Origin: Microthyrium microscopicum
Taxonomy: Eukaryota
NCBI GenBank assembly: GCA_010405405.1
Contig: MU004231.1
Location: 1,228,153 to 1,292,152, forward strand
DNA length: 64,000 nucleotides
Direction of reading: 5' to 3'
Shown here: in pieces, positions 1 through 13,900 of the stretch
Numbering within the stretch: the first letter of the stretch is position 1
How the letters are laid out: each line of letters begins with the position of its first letter
Program-made: the position numbers and the translations under genes
The notes under the pieces: generated by a model
Database searches by the model: none
Told to the model about the DNA's origin: nothing
The model's input: the letters and a program-made list of their open reading frames with translations, nothing else

Positions 1-2021
1 CGATCGGATAGCTAGCCATGTAGATTTGGAGCCCCTTGTTACGGATGTAACTGACACCTTGATCAAGCCAAATAGCACAAACACCCAGGTTACCGATGCC
101 TCCCAGATCCACACTGAATCCCAGATTTTCGCCGCAGCGACTAATACAGACGTGAATGATCACGATAATCAACCTACCAACGAGAATGTGATAAATTCAC
201 CAAGTTCCAAAGAAGCAGAGACAGCAGAAGACGACGTGTCAGGTGAATTTACCAACGAGAATCCAGAGGAAGACTTTTCACACCAAGACAATGAAGGTCA
301 ACAGGCCAATGAGCATGAAGGCGAGAACTTCGACGATCAATATCAAGATGGCCAGTTTGTGTACAATGCCATCATCCAGTGGCAGGACAACACGATGTGT
401 TTATTTCCACCCCTTGTGGACCCAAACCTCCCAGACCAGTACCTGTTGGATGATTCGAACCTAGCCAAGAGACCACTCTCAGACCTATTTCGTGAATGTA
501 GAGAAGCTCTTGGCGATCATGTCAAGTCTGATTACATATTGTGTATTGATGTCGACAGCCTGGATCTGAACATTAGTGAGGTACGTTTGTATTCCAATAG
601 CCCCCATTGACTTTGAATCACACTAACAAATTCAGGATCTTTCTGATTGTACCACGGCAACCATTTCGCAGATCATTGATGTGTACCATCATTTGAACAA
701 CAATGACGAAGTCTATGAACTGGAACCTTTGACTCTCACTCTATTCCAAAAACCTAAACTAATAACTGCCCTGAATAATCTCGCCAGAATTGCGGAAGAA
801 GGTCGAGGCTATGAGACCTTCCGTGACTATCTGCACTCACCCGATGGAAGCGTGCTACAGAATGATTTACCTGTTACCGAAGGAGTTGCTGAAGGTGTAT
901 CTACGATAGAAGAATCAGTGACCGAATATGCCGCACCAGAACTGACGGAGTACACCGAGGCGGAGGATGTGGATCACCAGACGGAGGACTATAATCCTGA
1001 TGAGCCCATTGGCAGCAAGGGTGTAGTGGATATAGCTGCCCAAGAACCCGAGTCAGTTGAAGAAGTTCAACCTCCTGCCAGAAAAGACGAGATTGATTAT
1101 GACGACGATGATGATGAAGCTGTTCCAGCAAATCAAGAAGAAGAAGAAGAAGTCACAGCATATCAAGAGGGAGAAGAAGATATAACAGCGCCTCAGGAGG
1201 AGGAAGATGTATCAGCTACTCAGCAACCAGAAGTATATGTGCCAGCGCCTCGGCTGCACCCCGAAGCTAAACAGACTGGCATTCAAAGCGCTGTCCAACC
1301 TCAAGACAGCACGAAAGACATTGATGACGATCTGATTGATTACTCGGATGACGAAGAAGATGTCCCAACTTCACGATCTTCCACTGTTCAGGGAGATAAA
1401 TCAGCACATGAAGATGGTACGGCTTCAAACCCCTCATTCGCACTTGATCAGTTTCTAATGGATGGACCATCAGATACCGTGCCAGCGGATCAAGCAGCTG
1501 CAGATACGCAACCGCAATCCAACGGGAAAACAAACATGCGCTATGCAGATCCAGTTGTGGTTGAGGAAGATGAAGATTTCCTTCTGGATCTTGATGACCC
1601 TGATCTACCATTGGACGCTACCAAGGTGAACAGTGAGCAGGTCGCCGAAACTTATGATGAGACTTATGGATTCGATGCCGCACCTACAGTGGACACTGCT
1701 ACTACGGGTGACATTGCCCAATTTGCAACGGAAGAACCCCTGGCAGACGAGGATAATCTCTTTGGTGACGATTTTGACTTTGGACCCGAGGATGATGTCG
1801 CTCAAAACACGAGCCACGGAGACGATGGTCTGAATGTTAAATTAGGCCAATCAACAATACTTGGAGATTCCAAATCCAACTCTCCTTCAGCAAAGCGGAC
1901 TTTCGAGCAGCATTCAGAGGATGTTCCAGAGATTAGCGAGCAAGGTCAGTGCTCACTACCCAATACATCATCTTCACAAGCTAATCACAATGCAGATGTC
2001 AAACGAGTAAAGTCAACCTGA
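1..2021 (+). CDS. 3' part of a Glu/Asp-rich conserved hypothetical protein (starts upstream of the window); introns 581-635 and 1945-1995
   Basis: ORFs 26-610 and 681-2021 join in frame across a GTACGT..CTAAC..CAG intron (…ISE/DLSDCTT…). A second in-frame GTCAGT..GCTAAT..CAG intron leaves a basic C-terminus (DVKRVKST*). Confidence 0.75.
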
Positions 2022-2988
2022 TCTTTCAAAGCTTAGCTAGCTTTGTGAAGCTCCGGCTAACCTTCCAATACATCTTGCTACTGTCTCTGGTACCCTCTGG
2101 GCACTCTTGGACCGCCAAACTGATATTTAGTCGTGGCTCGGGTGTTGAGTTATGCGCCCTCAACTTAATCTGTGTGTCAGTTGTCACACTGCTGTTGGCA
2201 ATACTTCTGTTACCGACTGACGGTTTCGCATTCGAACACGCCTCTTGTTACGCTATCTCTCGACATCTACCGCACATGCACATCGGCAACTAACCTCCAG
2301 GACAGGACAAATTCAGCGTTCAACGATAACAAGTAAGTACAGCCCGCTAATACTAATGTTCTAGGTCAGCTCTCTATCCCAACATTCTTCCCATGCTTAA
2401 TGCTATGGCACTATGATTCTATCTTTTCACGTCCCATGTCCTATCAAAAGGAAGGTCGACTATCGTCCTCAATATTGAAGAACGATACAATTGGGCTTCG
2501 GGGGATGAAGCACTACAAGAGCATTTTCAGGGCGTATATGGCTATAAGCCGTACGCACCATGACTTCACAGGGTTAGATCCCCTACTTTCAGGTTTCATT
2601 CACATATGTATAGTAGGTGTTGTTTTGCGCTTGTAGGTTCAGGAAAAGGGCATTGAAAAGAGCAGGTGATACCCAGCCCGGTCATTTTGTTTTGCAGCTA
2701 TCATTCTAGGTATCAATTTATCATACAAATTTTTAAGGTGTTGCCCATTTCTCACAGCTACTATGTTGCCACAATGTTGCAGGGTTGAAAAACTGGTCGT
2801 GAGCCCGTATCAATTTAAAATTATACATGCTCGTTTCTGTGTTTGCTTTGATCCTCTGGAGTGAGCTAATTTACCATATGTCAGGAAAGGACAGTATGCT
2901 CATGCTGTAACCATCTGCATTATGATAACGGTTTATGCAAAGAGTAGGATCATTTGTAGACATTGGAGCGACTCTTAACTTGAGGGAT

Positions 2989-4047
2989 TTAGGATAATAT
3001 ATTACTGTCTAGAAAGGAGAGGAACGGGATAGGAATGGCCGGTGGATGCCAAATTGTCCTCAGTATTCCCAGTCTCACATACCAATACTCCTGCTGCAAA
3101 TTGAAATCCCCCCTCCGATCTTCGATGTCGATCTCACGGTCGCCGCTGGAGGATGTATCATAGTTCGTAGGAGTGGTTGAAGTGATGTTATCGGTGTTGG
3201 TCAACTACGGTTCCTGTGCCTTTTTCGCTGTTGTTCCATCATCTGGAAGATCGGTTGAGCTTTAGTGTCGTCGTGTCCGTCTAGTATTAGGTATGTCGTA
3301 TTTGACTTTCTCTTTAGTCCCATAGATCCACTCCCGAATAGCTTGCTCTATATATGCGCGAGGCACACCTAAGCTAAGCGCATCTCTCACACCTTGGTGC
3401 ATTCGATCGCGATACTCCTTCGAAGGTGTACTTAGACCGAACAGCTCCTGATAATATGTCGTTACGTTCACGTTACGTACCGGCGTTTGTTGTACATCGA
3501 CCGCTGGTAATTTGTGGGTCAAGTTTAGGGGCTGGAAGTTGGCGGCTGGCCAGAAGTCTGCGGCGTAATGTGTCTTGAACCATCTTGGTTGCGTTTGCGT
3601 TCTATGACGTTGATGGATCATGGATTCGTCTGTGTCTTCGAGCTGATAAACCAGGCCCCATACTTCAGGGAGGAGTTTCCATGTAGAAGCAATTTCTTTG
3701 TTGCTCTTCGTGTGCGCAATATTGGCGATGCCTCTCTCATTGAGCATCCAGCTAATACCTGGCACGCGCGCGACTCCCAAGTAACGCGCTGTTGAACATC
3801 GTTTAGCCATTTGATTGAGACCTAGGTTGGTTCCATAGGCCAGATACTAGAATTCGCCCTTGGGAGGCTCAACACGACTGTTGATTGCTGATGACGAGAT
3901 CCTTGAAGAGGTGGTTGGTAGGGTTGTAATAGGATTTGTGTATGAGATCGTTGCCGTCTCTGTTGAATGATGCGAAGAAGTGTAAGGGTTACCAAGCGAT
4001 TGCGCGACCTAAGCGCAAGCAAAGAGGATCATTTGAACGCGAGCCAT
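2989..4047 (-). pseudogene. Gamma-glutamylcyclotransferase/AIG2-like gene with signal-peptide-like N-terminus, interrupted by in-frame stops at 4009, 3847, 3262 and 3205
   Basis: One collinear frame reads MARVQMILFACA*VAQSLG, then a Ser/Thr-rich linker, then EF*YLAYGTNLGLNQMAKRC (GGCT YFAYGSNL motif), VWGLVYQL, and PSKEYRDRMHQGVRDALSLGVPRAY. The true 3' end may be 3262 or 2989. Confidence 0.7.
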
Positions 4048-4569
4048 GATTATTGTGAGGGGATTTCCAAAACAGGCCAATGATAGAGAGATGCAAGATA
4101 ACAAAAGACGTAAGCTAACAAGGAGACGGTGAATGCTATCGAGATATAAGATGATAGAGAGAGACGAGAAGATAAGAGAGACGCAAGAAGATAAGAGACG
4201 AAGATGGCGAGTCTTTGAAGCATGAACGTGGAGGAAAGAGCTGTCCATACTCTAAACCAGCAGCATCTACACTTGCTTCTTGTCAATACGACCGGACTCG
4301 GTAAGTACCTGGTCTCAACTGCCACTTAGCCTTCCATGAGATTCATATCATAAGAATAGCCTTGGGACAGTCACAAAACGGATTAAAAAAAAAAACTTGA
4401 GATTAAAGCGGGTATCTAGCGGACGAAGTAGTGAAACTCCAAAGTGTTATAGAAATGTATTGTCCTCTCTTTTCGAAGTTGCTTCAACTGACGGTTGTAA
4501 ACATTACCAGATAAGATATCAGTCGTAGAACACATAAGTGTATTTTTGTCATTCATACGTTAACAGCCG

Positions 4570-7044
4570 CTAAGGTCTATCCGTAGCCGCTGCACCAGCC
4601 GCGGTGTCTGCTCCCAAACAGTCCAAGTCGAAGACTCTGAACTGCCGCAGATCACTACCCAGCAGAACGCATAGTCGCCGCCCCTGACGACCATTCACTT
4701 CGATGCGCACTGGCTGGAATCCATCCTCATCAGTAAATGACATTCGTGTCGCAATTTCCAGAGCATCATCAGTCAACTCGATGTGCCCGTTGACTTGAGG
4801 CGCCGAGCCAGATGGCCACTCCATGCTTTTTGCAGACCCGTCAATGCGGCTGAAGGCAGGACCGACTTTGGAGGAGTCCTTGTCGATAATTGGAATGGCA
4901 ACAAGCCTCGAGGCAGTTGCAGTTTTAAGCAAGACCAGCAATTCATGATCATCCACGAATTGCAGATCCTTGACTTGGCCAGGTAGCTTCACCAAGAAAG
5001 CCTCAACCTCTTGTATGCCATCATTCATATCATCCAGAATATCAGAGTGCAGAACACGACGGACTGTGACCACTGCCGGCTCTTGCTTTGTCGTGGTAGC
5101 CACATACGTCCACAGAGCACCAGCTGGAGTCGAGTCACTGACCGCCATTCGCATATCGCAAGACGCGACCTCAACATCGCCATTCTCAAGCACGATTGCG
5201 CCCGGTATCAGCGCGTTAGCACGCTGCCATTCAGTGATCTGCTCAATCAGCGCAGTATTATGCTGGCACCACTCGTTGTGATACGCCAACAATTTGAGCA
5301 TCTCCTTCTTATGCGCCTCTCCGTTCTTGAACGCTTCAAGTGCTTGTCGGACTACCTCATAGATGTCCGATTTGATTAGAATGGTAGGTGCATCAGCTGG
5401 CGGGCATAAGAAGGCATCTAGTTTGCTTCCATCAAGTCCAGACTCGATATAAGACAACACCAGCGTATGGTCAACACCAGCATCCCGCTCTACAAGCTCC
5501 TGGCCTGCCTGAGTCGCCGCGTCCGCGGTCTGTACTTCAATTTGGTGACGCAGCCATTTTGAAAATGTAGCGAAGCGTTTTTGCTCGACGCTGGCGAATA
5601 GTAGCATGTGATGCGCGAGGAGACGCATACATTTGATAATATCTTGAATGATGAGGAAGGACGATATTGGCACGTCAAAAGCTGGGCTATGTTCGTAATA
5701 TTGCGCCAGGCCTTGTAGATTGGCGAGGACAACGCTGCAGCGATCTAGCGCAGGGAGCAGATTTTCTTGTAGCAGTTCGATGATTTTGGTGTGGCCTTGT
5801 GTGATGGCTTGATCCCAGCGCTTGTGGCCACGTTCAGCAAGCTCGTCTTTTAGCCATTCGTTCATAGTTTCTGAGCAGTAGCCTGTGGCAGCTAGTTGGT
5901 AGAGGCTCTCGCTGAGGCTGGGCTCGTTTTTTTCGGCGAGAGATTCGCTGATGTTGGCTTGGAAGCGGGAGGGGAGGTCGTGAGATGTTTTCCAGTGGTG
6001 GTAGATGGCGAGGATGGATTCGCCGACGTATTTGACTAGAGTGTCTAGTTGTGCTGTTTTGTAATCAATGAAGCTAATGTTTTTGCCTGCCTTTCTGAGG
6101 AATCGTAGCGATATGGGAACCAAGGCCAGAACTGGATTCTTCGTTCCCTGCTGTATCTTCGATAACACCACATGGCAGTGAGCTAGAGGATGTGAGTAGT
6201 GCTTGATATACTCAATCTTGTCGTCAACAGCAAGACCAGGCAGTGCGATACTGCCAATGCTCAACGAGTCGTAAACGATCAACTGCACAACACCGCTAGC
6301 ATTGGACAGCAAGAACGTATTCAAAGCATTGAGCTCCCTCGACGAGCCTCTATGCAACGCAGCATCAAGCAACGTCTGCGACGCAAACAACTCCGCCAAC
6401 GACAACTGCCCATTCTTGTACGCCGAAGAAGGGAGCACCGCAAGCGTAGGCAGTTTAGGCATCAACTCAGTCGCATCAAACGTCGCCAACTGATCTGGCA
6501 ATTCCGCCGGCAAATCCAGCTTCTCCAAATCCGGTTCACGATCCAAAAAATCATCAGCCGAAACAGCCTGCTTCTTGGAATACGAACCCAGCGACTCGCC
6601 ATTCGTCTTCGTCCGCGCTCTCGCAGCCTCAACATCAAGCAAACTCATCCCCCAGCCCAAACACATCGCCGCATTCGATCCAGTAAACTGGCGAAAATTC
6701 TGCAATGCATTGCCCGTCTCTGCTGAAACCACATCGACTTCGCCATCGCTCCACGAGACCGCAATGTATTGACCCAATGAACCATCAGCAAATCTCCATA
6801 TCACTCAGAGTACGCGCTTACCATTATATTTCCAGCACAAAGAAGTGACTTTAGTATCCTTCTTCTTGCGTTGAACGCTGAAAGCGCGCTGCCCGCTAAG
6901 GCGGAACACCTCGACGCGTTCGTCGCGGGTGACGGTCGCGATCAGATCCATTGTGGGGCAGCATCGCAGCAGATTGGGCTGGACTTCCTGTCCCAGTATC
7001 TTGCTCACTATGAGCGATCGGTTTTCCGTCTTCTCATCCGCCAT
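4570..7044 (-). CDS. APC4: Anaphase-promoting complex subunit 4 (Apc4/Cut20); one 48-nt intron 6774-6821
   Basis: N-terminal WD40 (CCPTMDLIAT…VFRLSGQR…WKYNG/QYIAVSWSDG), central Apc4 helical domain (LYQLAATG…EWLKDELAERGHKRWDQA…LQENLLPALDRC…FSKWLRHQI), C-terminal EVNGRQGRRLC. The intron acceptor is non-canonical (see findings). Confidence 0.9.
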
Positions 7045-8051
7045 TTTGAGGAAAGGCACAGGAGTTGGTGTAAGATGTTGCCATGGGTGTTGTTTGTTGC
7101 GGAAGAATGGGAGTACAGCCAGCTCCAAGGAGCAAAGTAGAGTAGTAGTAAGTTGGATATCGTCCAAATTCTTTATTACGCACGAAGCAGCCTTTATTTT
7201 TTCAGGTCATGTTTAGGCCTCCATTACTTCACTCGATTCAGGCAATTAGAAATGAAAGCTCTTCGACCTGGGCGGCCGCAATTTTGGAATGTCAACCATC
7301 TGCGGATAATCGCACTCATTCACATCACAAGGAAACCAACAACTTTAATAATAGATTCTTTTCTCAAGCGAGTGACTCGGCATCAGCTTCTTCAGCCGTC
7401 GCCATGTTTTCATTCCTGTTGTACAAACTACAATTGGGCGAATTTTTTCAAGCCCATTTAATACAATATTCGCCAATCTCCGTCCCGCCTTCCAATATTC
7501 TTATGCCGTTACACAATATCTATAGTATGTACAAAAGTCCCGGGGTTCCAAAAGGGGCACCTGTTCCCGTCACAGTGCCAAAAACCGAATAGAACCATCC
7601 TCCATCATTGTCCTACAAAGGATGTTGGGGAGGTTCTGGTCTAAACGGTGTCGAGAAAAATAAAGGTGCAGCCTCCATGGAGGCGCGGATTATTGCTGTC
7701 AACGAGCAATAGTTGCCGAAGTGAAGAGGAGTAAAAGGTGTAAAAAACATTACGGTTTAAGCGGCGGCTATAAGCACGCCGAATAAGTATGCCGTTGGTG
7801 TGGGTATAATACGTGCCCATAAAAAGAATGTAGGGTTGAAGTGAAAAGAAGCATGTAATGAGTGTGGTAGACCTGCCACAGACCTCCGGGAGGGTGAGAA
7901 GTTAAAGTCATGTCGTGTCTAGTCGAGTCTAATTGAATCCTTGGGCCCGGAGACAGGTGTTGTCACCTTGTTGGGCCAAGTCAAGATGAACGCCGTGAAA
8001 TGCTATGTATGTGGAAGGGAAAGACCATCAAGCTGTCGTTGTGCAAGCCGA

Positions 8052-10910
8052 TCAATTTGGTGCTCTCAGATCCCAGGTTGGTTTTAACCCAGCCATGATA
8101 TCTGTTTTGGTGCCAACCAGTTGCTTTGGAACTCGACTTATGCGGTATGCGCCGGCACGAATGTATTGTTGATTAGATACTCCACTTCGGCCACTGCGGA
8201 TACTACCCGCATCGCTGCCAGTGTCAGTGTTACGTAATCTAGACGGCGGTGCAAAGTCCAAGTTGTTGAATGATCTTGAGTTTCGAAGCTTGTGACTAAA
8301 AACGTATTAGTAATCGTCGTAGTATATCTTTGAGACTGTGAAACACTTACGGGCTGGGCATCGCAGAGAGATCATCAAACGATGAATTCAAGGGCACAAA
8401 GGCTCGCACGCCAGGGGAGTACGGTCGTTGCATGCCCATCGGGCTGTCTGGTCGTCTACCATTCTGTCGCTCTCGGTAAGACACAGGAGGCGCAAAGTCT
8501 GCAGCACCGAAAATCGCATCATCATTCTTAAGCATACTAGGAGTAGGAAGTGATGTCAGCGGTTGTGGAGGTGGCATGGGACGTCTATTTTGTGGCCGAC
8601 CACGACTAGTAGCATTACTCATCGCAGACGGTGCACGACTGTTGCCCATAGAAGCTGGTCCACGAGGAGGCGGCATAAAGGAGCCTGCGTTGCTGGTAGC
8701 CCGACTTCGTCCCCGTGGTCCACCACCACCGCCCTGGAAACGTGGAGGAGCCCGAGGTGGAGGGGTCATTGCTCGGCGAGTAACAGGTTCTGCGTATGGG
8801 GCAGCAGGAGGAGCGATGACGAATCCATTTTGGTGCGCATCATAAACAGTGCCTCCATGAAGGTATTCCGAGGTATAGTCTTCGTAGTACGCCGCAGCTG
8901 AGGATGGCAGAGGAGCTTGAGATGTCGAAGGCTTGCTGTCATCGAAGTATTCCTTGTAGAATGATCGAATTCTATTCGCGCGCTCTTCAGGATTCTCGTT
9001 TGGATCATCCGGTGGCAACGGCCGCATCAGCATTGACATGCGATTATCAGCAGGCATTTCATACTCCACCGGAATATTCAGCATTTGTGATTCATCCTCA
9101 TCGACCACTGGCATGGCGGCAGCCAGTGATTGACCTCTGGGAGGAAGATTGGCAGGAATACTAGGAACAGGAGGCAAAGTCATATCCGAGTCCCGCGGTG
9201 TGCGAAGGATATCTGTAAGATTGCTACCATCACTCATGTAGCTCGGCACATAATTGTGAAGAGATGCCTCGAACGACTTGTGTCTTGGTAGGACTGGGGC
9301 CTCTATTTCAACATCTGGTACTCGATGCTCCACGGAAGGATGGGGAAGTCCGTTTCCAGTTGAGGTCTGATGTTGAGGGAAGTCCGTAGGATGCTCATAG
9401 TAGTCGGCGGCAGGGTCGTGATGTAGTTGTTGCTGATGTGGTTCCTGCTGATATGGTTCCTGCTGATATGGTTCCTGCTGATATGGCTCGTGATGATACG
9501 GCTCATGCTGATATGGCTCCTGTTGCGGGTACGACTGCGGGTAGCCTTGGGACTGGTAGTCTTGATGATATTGTTGGTCGAGACCCTGATTAGCTGAATG
9601 ATAATTCATATCGGGAGATTGATAGTGTTCATCAACATGAGCGAAGTCCATGGTAGTCGCGGTGAAATCTTTCGAAGATGGAACAGGTGGTAGAGGACTT
9701 TCATCAGATATCGAGCTGATCGGGGTGTTGAGGCTGTTGCTGCGGGTATCAAGTACGGAAGATCCAGCAGAGTGATGCACTGAGCTTGGTTCCGAGCTGG
9801 GTGCCTGTTCTGCCACATTCTGACCCTGAGTAGAGAAAAAGGACGATAGGTAGTTGTTGCTCTTGCGAATATTTGCGGCATTCTTTTCGAAATAGGAGTC
9901 CCGGGACGTATCGGCGGTAGGGACTGCTAATCCGGAGGAGTTTTTTGGTTCCTTGACGATTGCTGGCTCTGGCTTGGTCAATGGCTTTTCAGGAGCAGGA
10001 AACGGCATTCTCTCGCTAGTCTTCCGAGCCATGAAAGCGTTTGGTGCAGAATCTTCTCTGGAGGCTACTGATTCACCGCGAGGTGGAATTGACATGGCTG
10101 GTGATTGAGCGTTCGAAACAAGGTTGGCACGCTGGTCAAAGCGACCTGAATTGCTGGAGGACTCGGTTCCAGTGCGATTGAGGTCAAATCGACGCGAGTT
10201 GGCACTGGTATCGGTTCCTGTTCGATTGAGAGTAGGGCGATGACCAGTTGGAGTGCCAGCTCTGGAATTGTTGCGACTGTCCACTAGTTTGACAATTTTG
10301 TATTGATTATCGTCAAGTAGCGAGTCCGTGGATTGCTTCGAATGAGAATCTCCGGTGTTTAAGAAGTATGGGTGACTGGCAGGATCCAAGGATAAGCCTC
10401 GCATATGTTTTCGGTCATTGAAGCCGTCTGTTGTGCCCATTTCTGGTCCATTGCCTTTTTTGCCTTTTTTGCCTCGTTTACTATTATAGTCTAGATCCAT
10501 GCCAAAATCCATTGACTTGTATTTTTCAGCATCCACCTTGTCTTCCGCGTCAAGCTGTTTACGGTAGCGTCGATGGAGGAAGATGAAGACAATAATTGCA
10601 ACGAGTGGTACACTAGTCAAGTCAGTAATGATATCGCGTCCAAACTGATGTTTACATACGTTACTCCCAATGCTATTGGCAACGCAGATGACGACACGTT
10701 TGCGCCCTTTTCACAGGTATTAGTGTCTTGGTTGTGCGTGCATGCAGTGGTTGCGGAGGAATCCGAGGATGAAGGACTTCGCTTGGAAAGGGACATGGTC
10801 GGCATTTTGAAAGCGTCACGGCTAGCCAGCTGCGACAGGCGGGTGAGTCCATAGGGAGCGTAATGAGCCGGCGAGTCTGGCTGTCGCCCTTGTATGTGGG
10901 ACAGGTCCAT
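8052..10910 (-). CDS. Conserved single-pass membrane protein of unknown function with long Pro/Ser-rich cytoplasmic tail; introns 10613-10659 and 8296-8350
   Basis: Three ORFs join through canonical introns. Features: TM LPIALGVT/VPLVAIIVFIFLHRR, then KYKSMDFG, PPDDPNENPEERANRIRSFYKEYF and a C-terminal RVPKQLVGTK…LKPTWDLR. Start could alternatively be 10805. Confidence 0.8.
9436..9525 (-). repeat. 15-bp coding tandem repeat encoding (Q/H)(Q/H)EPY pentapeptides
   Basis: ctgctgatatggttc units on the + strand; protein QQEPYQHEPYHHEPYQQEPYQQEPYQQEPH. Confidence 0.85.
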
Positions 10911-13900
10911 TGTTGTGGTTGAAAGATTGTCGTCACCAATACATTAAGTATTATCAAGCTCGGTACCAGTACTCTAGGGCTCTCAATAGGAAACGCGCGA
11001 CTTTTGTATGTTTGGCACGGGTCACGATGTTTGGTTTGTTGGAGACTGGCTTGGCGTATGACCAAATTTTGGATTGAAGCAGAAAGGTAGTAGTAGAGAG
11101 AGGAATGCAGGTAGGAGTTTTGTGCGACGTTTGGCGAGTAAAAGAGCGACTGTGGTCAGGATGTAAGGGTGCAGCAAACGAGGGTCAAAAGGGTTTGTAA
11201 AAGAGGGCAAAAGAGTGAGTTGAAAGATACAAAAGGGAGAGTAGGACGAAAAATGAGAGTTAAAGGAACGAGAGACAGTTAGGCATTTGAAGACAAAACA
11301 GGAACAGAGGAGGTGGTGAGAATGAGTAGAGAGAGGGATGGGAGAGAGAATTGAAGATGCTGGCTGGGTTGGACAAGGAAAGGAGTAACTGGCAAGACCG
11401 ACTGGCTTGACTGGCTGACAGGCTGGACTGGGAAGGGGCGATGGGGTACTTGGGGGGTTGCACTTGCCCAGTGGCTCTAACGGCGGCAGGAGCGATGGAC
11501 TTGGTTGACTTGGTTGACTTGCAGGGCAGATTGAGGCAGGCACGAGTGCACGACAGTCAGGCACGGCAGGAGTTGATGGAAGCTTGGCAGGCACGACCAA
11601 AAAGGAAGGCGCGAAAGAAGCCGTGATTGGCCGTCTGTTGGATTACAGCGACAAGAGGCTGAAGTAAGAGGCTCACAATGTCCACTCTTGCCTAGTTTTG
11701 GGCTGATCCCTGACACTAATTTGACAACACTCCGTCGATGCTCAATTCTCACTGCTCAGCGCTCACGCTGCTCGACACGCGTGCTGTGCGGGTGCTCATT
11801 GTTTTAACATGGCCATGTGGTGTTGCTTTTGAATCGCCTGTTCTCGCCTGCGAACTCATCTCTCAATAATCTTACCCGCGCTTCTCTGCAGTCATCCGGA
11901 ATCCGGAGCAGTCTTCCCCTTGACCATCAGTGGAGCTTTCAAGCACCTGGGCTGGGCCATGCCAGACAAAACATGCCAAAGTCGATGATTTGCCCTTTAC
12001 CATATTCTTGATCTCAAGAAATGCAAGGCTTGGTCACGATGCCCTCCCGCAAGTAGAACACGCATCCTACTACTGCCCACCCCTTTGACAATATCCACGA
12101 AGTCAAGTCATGAGAGAGAATGCCTGATCAGCAACCATACCGCCGGACTTCGCGCCTAACTTTGAAAGCTCCAGACAAAATTAGCAAACCACGCCAATTA
12201 AACACGCTCCCAATACAGCTTAGCGGCACATGCAGGTACGCCACGTGAAATGTAGCATTCCTAGCCCCCAGAGCTCTAGAGCCCTCTCTCATCGCCTAAG
12301 CTTTCCAAACCAACTCCCAACAAACAGCTCCAAACGTCACCAAACGCATGCATCCCTTGATGTGTGTTCCCTGCTGCCAAACAAATTTGATCCGCTTCAG
12401 CGAGTCAAAACGCTTCCCGCTGATGCATGTAAACTTCTCCAGAGCGCATCCCAACTGACAGCCTTGAAACAATTCACCACGTGTGATGCAAAGCTTTGGA
12501 CCATCAAATTGCCGCGACAGAAAAACACTGCAGTATACATTCCCATTTCTTGATATATGTGCGTCATAAAGCCATCGAAACCAATGGCAAAGAAAGGAAC
12601 AATAACGGACAATTGATATAGCGCTGTCGTTCGCCCTGTGCACTCGGAAATTGGCTTGAAGCAAATTATCTATGGTTCGGTGAATCCCATAGCATCCTGG
12701 ACCGGCTGCCCTGACGAGGGCTATAATATCAATACTGACTTGATATCCTTGCACTTTTTCTGCATCTTGAGCCTCTTTCAATGAACCACTAACTATCAAT
12801 CAGGTAATTGGATCGACTTCTTGGGAAGCTACGTCGTATCTGCCCCTGCAGTGCTCTCGTGAGTGGACCAGACTGGTTCTGATAAATTCTCTTATCATAC
12901 ACCTCTTTGGGACGTTGACATGGTGACAGGTCGGGTATTACTGCAAGGAAATATAGTGGTCTGTACAAGGCAGACTCTTTTCGATTGCTGTGGTCACGGA
13001 ATTGTATATTGGGCCAGAGAATAGGCGGCATAGTTACTATCGGGATTCAATCTAATATGCATCTCCTATCCAACATAGTGGAAGCTTACCTTGAATGATA
13101 TCCTATTGTTGCGAAATCGGTGTGAGAATAAGCTTAGAGTATCTTGTCCCGGTCACTATATATGTTTAAGCTCAGAGGCAGTGCGATAGTATTCAGAGGG
13201 CCCGATATTGGTAATAAAGTACATGTTGCTATAGTGAGGAAACTACTCCGATGTAGTAGCGCTACTTGTTTCTAGTAGTTTATATTGCTAGACTCTTGGT
13301 CTACTATCTTTTATCTTCCGTTGCCAACTGATCGGAAGGATAAAACCACACTCGCGCATGGAGGTTAGCCCAAAGAATATCAGCTAAGTTTCCCCATCAA
13401 TTGATGCACTCAAAGTACCAGCTTCTCAATCGTTCTTCAGCATGTTATTTTATATAGGGATAAAAGCAGTCAGTGCTGAGTCGTCTTCTAATGTAAATAT
13501 CGACGTTGCAACAACCCCCGGTTTAATCGTTTTCGACCATCAAAAGTCTAAGAGAAGTTGCAATTGAGGAAACCAGCACTCGATGATTATGCAACTCACT
13601 TCCACTCTGCTATCCAACATGAGATACAACTATCCAGCTCTTCAAAAAGTGCATAAACTCACGCGTCGTGTAGTGACGAAGCAGTTTCTATGTCTGATGC
13701 AGCTTGAAGACTTCTACACGTCCAAAGTCTCATTGCAATGTTTGCACATATTGACGAGATTGGACTCGGTAATAGCATAGGTACTCGAAGAAATTGAAGA
13801 TGAAGTCGGAAGTGCTTCGGCGTGGCGTTTGACATGAAACCCACCACAATTGCACTTGAAACTCATTCATACTTGGCAGGATCTTTATCAAATTTGAATG

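Noticed and set aside
2045..2636. Short ORFs and splice-like signals (CTAAC..CAG at ~2300; GTAAGT..TAG 2333-2364) after the first gene
   Set aside because: No recognisable protein and the candidate intron is only 32 nt; probably 3' UTR. No snoRNA box pair could be supported.
4130..4210. GA-rich degenerate repeats giving a hydrophobic ORF (4009-4248)
   Set aside because: Low-complexity CT-rich leader on the minus strand; the hydrophobicity is a compositional artefact.
11022..11626. 192-aa Pro/Ser ORF and short tandem repeats (gactggct, gacttggtt)
   Set aside because: Typical promoter and 5' UTR low-complexity sequence of the downstream membrane-protein gene.
12230..13850. Several 60-170 aa ORFs on both strands
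   Set aside because: No motif or coherent exon structure; a decayed gene cannot be excluded but is not supportable.
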